Origin: Macrostomum hystrix
Taxonomy: Eukaryota; Animalia; Platyhelminthes
DNA: 64,000 nucleotides
Assembly (NCBI GenBank): GCA_950097015.1
Contig: CATNEN010000034.1
Coordinates: forward strand, 4,526,001 to 4,590,000
Reading direction: 5' to 3'
In this document: in pieces, positions 60,276 to 64,000 of the stretch
How positions within the stretch are numbered: the first letter of the stretch is position 1
Layout: each line of letters starts with the position of its first letter
Notes under the pieces: generated by a model
What the model saw: the letters and a program-made list of their open reading frames with translations, nothing else
Databases searched by the model: none
What the model was told of the DNA's origin: nothing
Translations under genes and position numbers: made by a program

Positions 60276-60393
60276 CGGCAGTGGCGCCGCCGCCGCACAG
60301 CAGCAGCATCAACAGCACCATCGGTGGCATTGCAAACTTGACAGTGACAGACAAAATGGCTGGGTTGCGGCCCATAACTAGCTGGCTTGGCAT
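60276..60393 (-). CDS. Lar: Alternative signal-peptide exon 2 (MPSQLVMGRNPAILSVTVKFAMPPMVLLMLLLCGGGATA; could also start at ATG 60375 or 60330)
   Basis: Hydrophobic VLLMLLLC followed by an A-T-A cleavage motif. The strong phase-1 donor G|GTAAGC at 60275 is in frame with Ig1 (ATA-E-EARITQG). It lies in a locally GC-rich island. Confidence 0.62.
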
Positions 60394-61279
60394 ACCTGTG
60401 TGTTGCGGTGCGATCATTCGGTGGTGTCAGCTTGTTGAAGAACTCTCACACTACCTACCTACTCTTGGACCTAGTTAGAGTCATCTCAATCCGGACCGCA
60501 CTCAAACAGATCAACCAGACAGAAATACAGTCAGACAGGCAGCCAGACAGACAGACACACAGACAGACAATCGTTAATAAATACTTGTTTTTTAATAGTT
60601 GAAAAAAGGATTCAATAAGACTGCCGAAGAAGAAATTATGAATGTAGAAAGCGGCTCAGACGCCTGCTCAAAAGATCTCTAAACTGGTGGACTCAGCTTC
60701 AGAAACTTTCTGCCTACGCATTAAGCCCACAAGACGGGGCTCCACAGCTTGTCCGGTATAAATTCTCCAACAGCCAATCAGCGCAGACTAACTCGGATTA
60801 AGTCCCACTCTGGCAGAGCCAAGCCCCATTGGTCCGTGCAGCCAAATACGAAATTCCAAGTAAATACTAAACACCTGCCCTCCACTAAGGAGGCCAATTT
60901 CTTCAAAGCTCAAAGTTGGCAGCAAACTTGACCTGTCCATCAACACCCAAGTGTTCTTACATGCGTCAATAAAGGCCGGTCTGAACTTAAGCATCGGCAA
61001 CTGAATCTGTCAAACTCGCTTCATCCAGCTGTCACTCTCCATCTCACTAGCTCAGTCACATGAGTACCGTATGTCTTGGCATGGAGTAACAGACCAGCTC
61101 ACATGCACATACTGTAGCACAAATAAAGGAGTTGAGAATACTTAAAGATTGACATTGCTGAAGCACCATACTTGGAGAACTGATCAGATAATAAAACAAT
61201 AGAAATTACCTGAATCTAAGGTGTTTAAACAGATAAACTACCGTTTTTAGGACTTGGGTAGCTGCAATTCACGATTTGG

Positions 61280-61875
61280 ATAGTACTTCGGGTTTTAGTT
61301 CAAGGGTTGGGGTAGTAGTTCAGGGGTTGGGATAGTAGTTCAGGGGTTTGGGGTAGTAGTTCAGGGGTTGGGATAGTAGTTCAGGGGTTGGGATAGTAGT
61401 TCAGGGTTTTGGATAGTAGTTCAGGGGTTGGGATAGTAGTTCAGGGGTTGGTGTAATAGTTCAGGGGTTGAGGTAATAGTTCAGTGTTGAGGTAGTAGTT
61501 CAGGGGTTGGGGTAGTAATTCAGGGTTTGAAATAATAGTTCAGGGGTTGGGATAGTAGTTCAGGGTTCGGGATAGTAGTTCAGGGATTGGGATAGTAGTT
61601 CAGGGGTTGGGATAGTAGTTCAGGGTTTGGGATAGTAGTTCAGGGGTTGGTGTAATAGTTCAGGGTTCGGGATAGTAGTTCAGGGGTTGGGGTATTAATT
61701 CAGGGTTTGGAATAATAGTTCAGGGGTTGGGATAGTAGTTCAGGGGTTGGGATAGCAGTTCAGAGGTTGGGATAGCAGTTCAGAGGTTGGGATAGTAGTT
61801 CAGGGTTTGGGATAGTAGTTCAGGGGTTGGGATAGCAGTTCATGGGTTGGGATAGCAGTTCAGGGTTCGGGATAC
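61280..61875. repeat. G-rich minisatellite, 20-bp unit tcaggggttgggatagtagt
   Basis: Direct inspection. Confidence 0.95.
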
Positions 61876-62729
61876 TTACTTAAACTAAAAATTACTAACA
61901 TAACTTCTATCATACCACATAAAGAGTTTGCAAGGCTTAGAGCTTGTTCACAGTCCAAACACGCGAGCCCCAATTCCTGAAACTTGTGCACAAATTGGCG
62001 TCTAACTAGCAGCAGCAGCAGCAGCAGCAGCCAGCAGTCTGGATACTCGTTAGTGTGCTAAGATCAATTCTAGGCTAAGGGTGCGGAGCGTGGCGGGGCA
62101 GAACAGAAATCAAATCTGCCAGTACTGGAGAAGACACCGCTAGTGTGAGAAGCGCGAACTTGAGACCAGCTCAAAAAGTGTCGCCTAATCTCTTTCACAT
62201 TCTCTCCCGTGAGATAGTCGGCCAATATCAAGGCTGACTGGGAGTCTTGGGAGTCTGCCACGAGGCGTGGGGCATTGGGGGGGGGGGTAGGGGATAAATT
62301 CATTTTCCCCGCATTAATCCGCAGTCTCCAATTGCAGGTCTCGTCCGAGCAAGATCCCCAGTAGCTGCCCGGATCCCCGTAGACAAGCCTTTCGGAAATA
62401 TTGCAAACAATTCCACAGAGAGAGAATTATCTAAATCTCAAAGGACTCGATAAAGGTACTAAAACTGTACCTCTGGGCGTCATCGGCGCAAAGCTATTAG
62501 TGCGACAAGCAATAAGCTCAATCGTGTTGACAGAATGGCGAGGATAAATGAGGATAGAAAGTGTCAAACGTTCACATATCATCAGTGTTCTACTGCCGTG
62601 AAAGCTCTCTCGACTACTGTTAAATTAGCCAGTGGGGCAGGCTAGTTAACAGTGGGAAGTGCTTAAACAAGCCTGAATATATCGACACTCACTAGCCCAA
62701 TACCAGAGGCTAAAAACATTACATGAGCT

Positions 62730-63525
62730 GAATCAAACTGTCAGCTGAATCAAACTGTCAGCTGAATCAAACTGTCAGCTGAATCAAACTGTCAACTGAA
62801 TCAAACTGTCAGCTATATCAAACTGTCAGCTGAATCAAACTGTCAGCTGAATCAAACTGTCAGCTGAATCAAACTGTCAGCTGAATCTAAATGTCAGCTG
62901 AATCAAACTGTCAGCTGAATCAAACTGTCAACTGAATCAAACTGTCAGCTATATCAAACTGTCAGCTGAATCAAACTGTCAGCTGAATCAAACTGTCAGC
63001 TGAATCAAACTGTCAACTGAATCAAACTGTCAACTGAATCAAACTGTCAGCTGAATCAAACTGTCAGCTGAATCAAACTGTCAGCTGAATCAAACTGTCA
63101 GCTGAATCAAACTGTCAGCTGAATCAAACTGTCAGCTGAATCAAACTGTCAGCTGAATCAAACTGTCAGCTGAATCAAACTGTCAGCTGAATCAAACTGT
63201 CAGCTGAATCAAACTGGCAGCTGAATCAAACTGTCAGCTGAATCTAAATGTCAGCTGAATCAAACTGTCAGCTGAATCAAACTGTCAGCTGAATCAAACT
63301 GTCAGCTGAATCAAACTGTCAGCTGAATCAAACTGTCAACTGAATCAAACTGTCAACTGAATCAAACTGTCAACTGAATCAAACTGTCAGCTGAATCAAA
63401 CTGTCAGCTGAATCAAACTGTCAACTGAATCAAACTGTCAACTGAATCAAACTGTCAGCTGAATCAAACTGTCAGCTGAATCAAACTGTCAGCTGAATCA
63501 AACTGTCAACTGAATCTAAATGTCT
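62730..63525. repeat. Minisatellite, 17-bp unit tcagctgaatcaaactg
   Basis: Direct inspection; highly homogeneous. Confidence 0.97.
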
Positions 63526-64000
63526 GTTGAACTTAAAAATTTAGAGGGGTGAAAAAAACAAAATGATTCAGCTAAAAATGTCAAAATTAAAATTCGAATT
63601 TCTAATCGATAAATTTCCTGAATGGCGAAAGCCACAGCGCAGACATGCCTGAGTGTGATAAGAGCCATTTTATGGCCAGCTGAATTGCAGAGAATGTACA
63701 GTGAAGGCCTATCGATTGAATCCAACTGTTAATAAGCAGCAGGATGCACCACAGTGAACCTCTAAGATGTGTGTCGCCTCAACTCCAGAGACAACAGACT
63801 CAACGAAATCGAAATTATGCATTCAACGAATGTATGTAGACCCAAGGCTTTGTTGCTCATAAAATAGTTTCATGTTTTAGCTAGACAGACGGACTTTGAC
63901 TTAATAATCAAAGCGATTGTCGTGTTTAATAATTTACTGTCACCTACTAGGACAGGTGTAACCGAAAGCTAGCGACTACTTCAAGTAGTTTATTAATATA

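Larger units (their letters stand above)
1650..60393 (-). other. Lar: Gene span visible in window: LAR-family (type IIa) receptor protein tyrosine phosphatase, ectodomain-coding 5' part (signal peptide, Ig1-3, FN3 repeats 1-3); continues beyond left edge
   Basis: Exons join in frame at GT-AG sites. The junctions read SRTS-VIPLGFPRI, HLFVR-VRTISPHFSV, TKEL-APGSPPQNI and TLLG-MASQPKGF. These match, from recalled LAR sequences, QLPSGFPSI, LYVRVRRVAPRFS, TGEQAPSSPP and TQQGVPAQP. The PTP domains are not in the window, so the family call rests on the ectodomain. Confidence 0.88.

Noticed and set aside
61103-61111. 9-nt segment with ttgtgctacag acceptor and gtgagc donor
   Set aside because: It lies upstream of the distal signal-peptide exon, so at most it is a 5' UTR exon. 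There is no frame test available and the transcription start is unknown.

Overview
Eukaryotic (animal) genomic DNA. GC-rich exons in long minisatellite-riddled introns resemble the flatworm Macrostomum lignano, but this is an inference from sequence style only. The window is dominated by the 5' half of one minus-strand gene, a LAR-family (type IIa; Lar/PTPRF/PTPRD/PTPRS-like) receptor protein tyrosine phosphatase. Seven core exons splice in frame at GT-AG sites to give Ig1-Ig2-Ig3-FN3(1)-FN3(2)-FN3(3). The gene runs off the left edge, so the transmembrane and phosphatase domains are not visible. Two separate signal-peptide exons (45.7 kb and 60.3 kb) both splice in phase onto Ig1. The most interesting signal is a set of candidate microexons with near-textbook splice signals hidden in the large introns: 6 nt at the position of vertebrate mini-exon meA, 6 nt at the meB position, 9 nt and 48 nt in the FN2-FN3 linker, and 10 nt before Ig1. 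There are also two candidate alternative terminal exons with hydrophobic segments, and a 60-bp tandem array whose unit is a complete 12-nt exon plus 48-nt intron. The FN3(3) exon carries an apparent +1 frameshift, and Ig1 lacks the canonical heparan-sulfate-binding lysine loop. The rest is about 24 minisatellite arrays, tRNA-derived SINEs, a 671-bp tandem duplication and microsatellites. Almost all long ORFs in the supplied track are repeat artefacts. All splice calls are read by eye and have no expression evidence.
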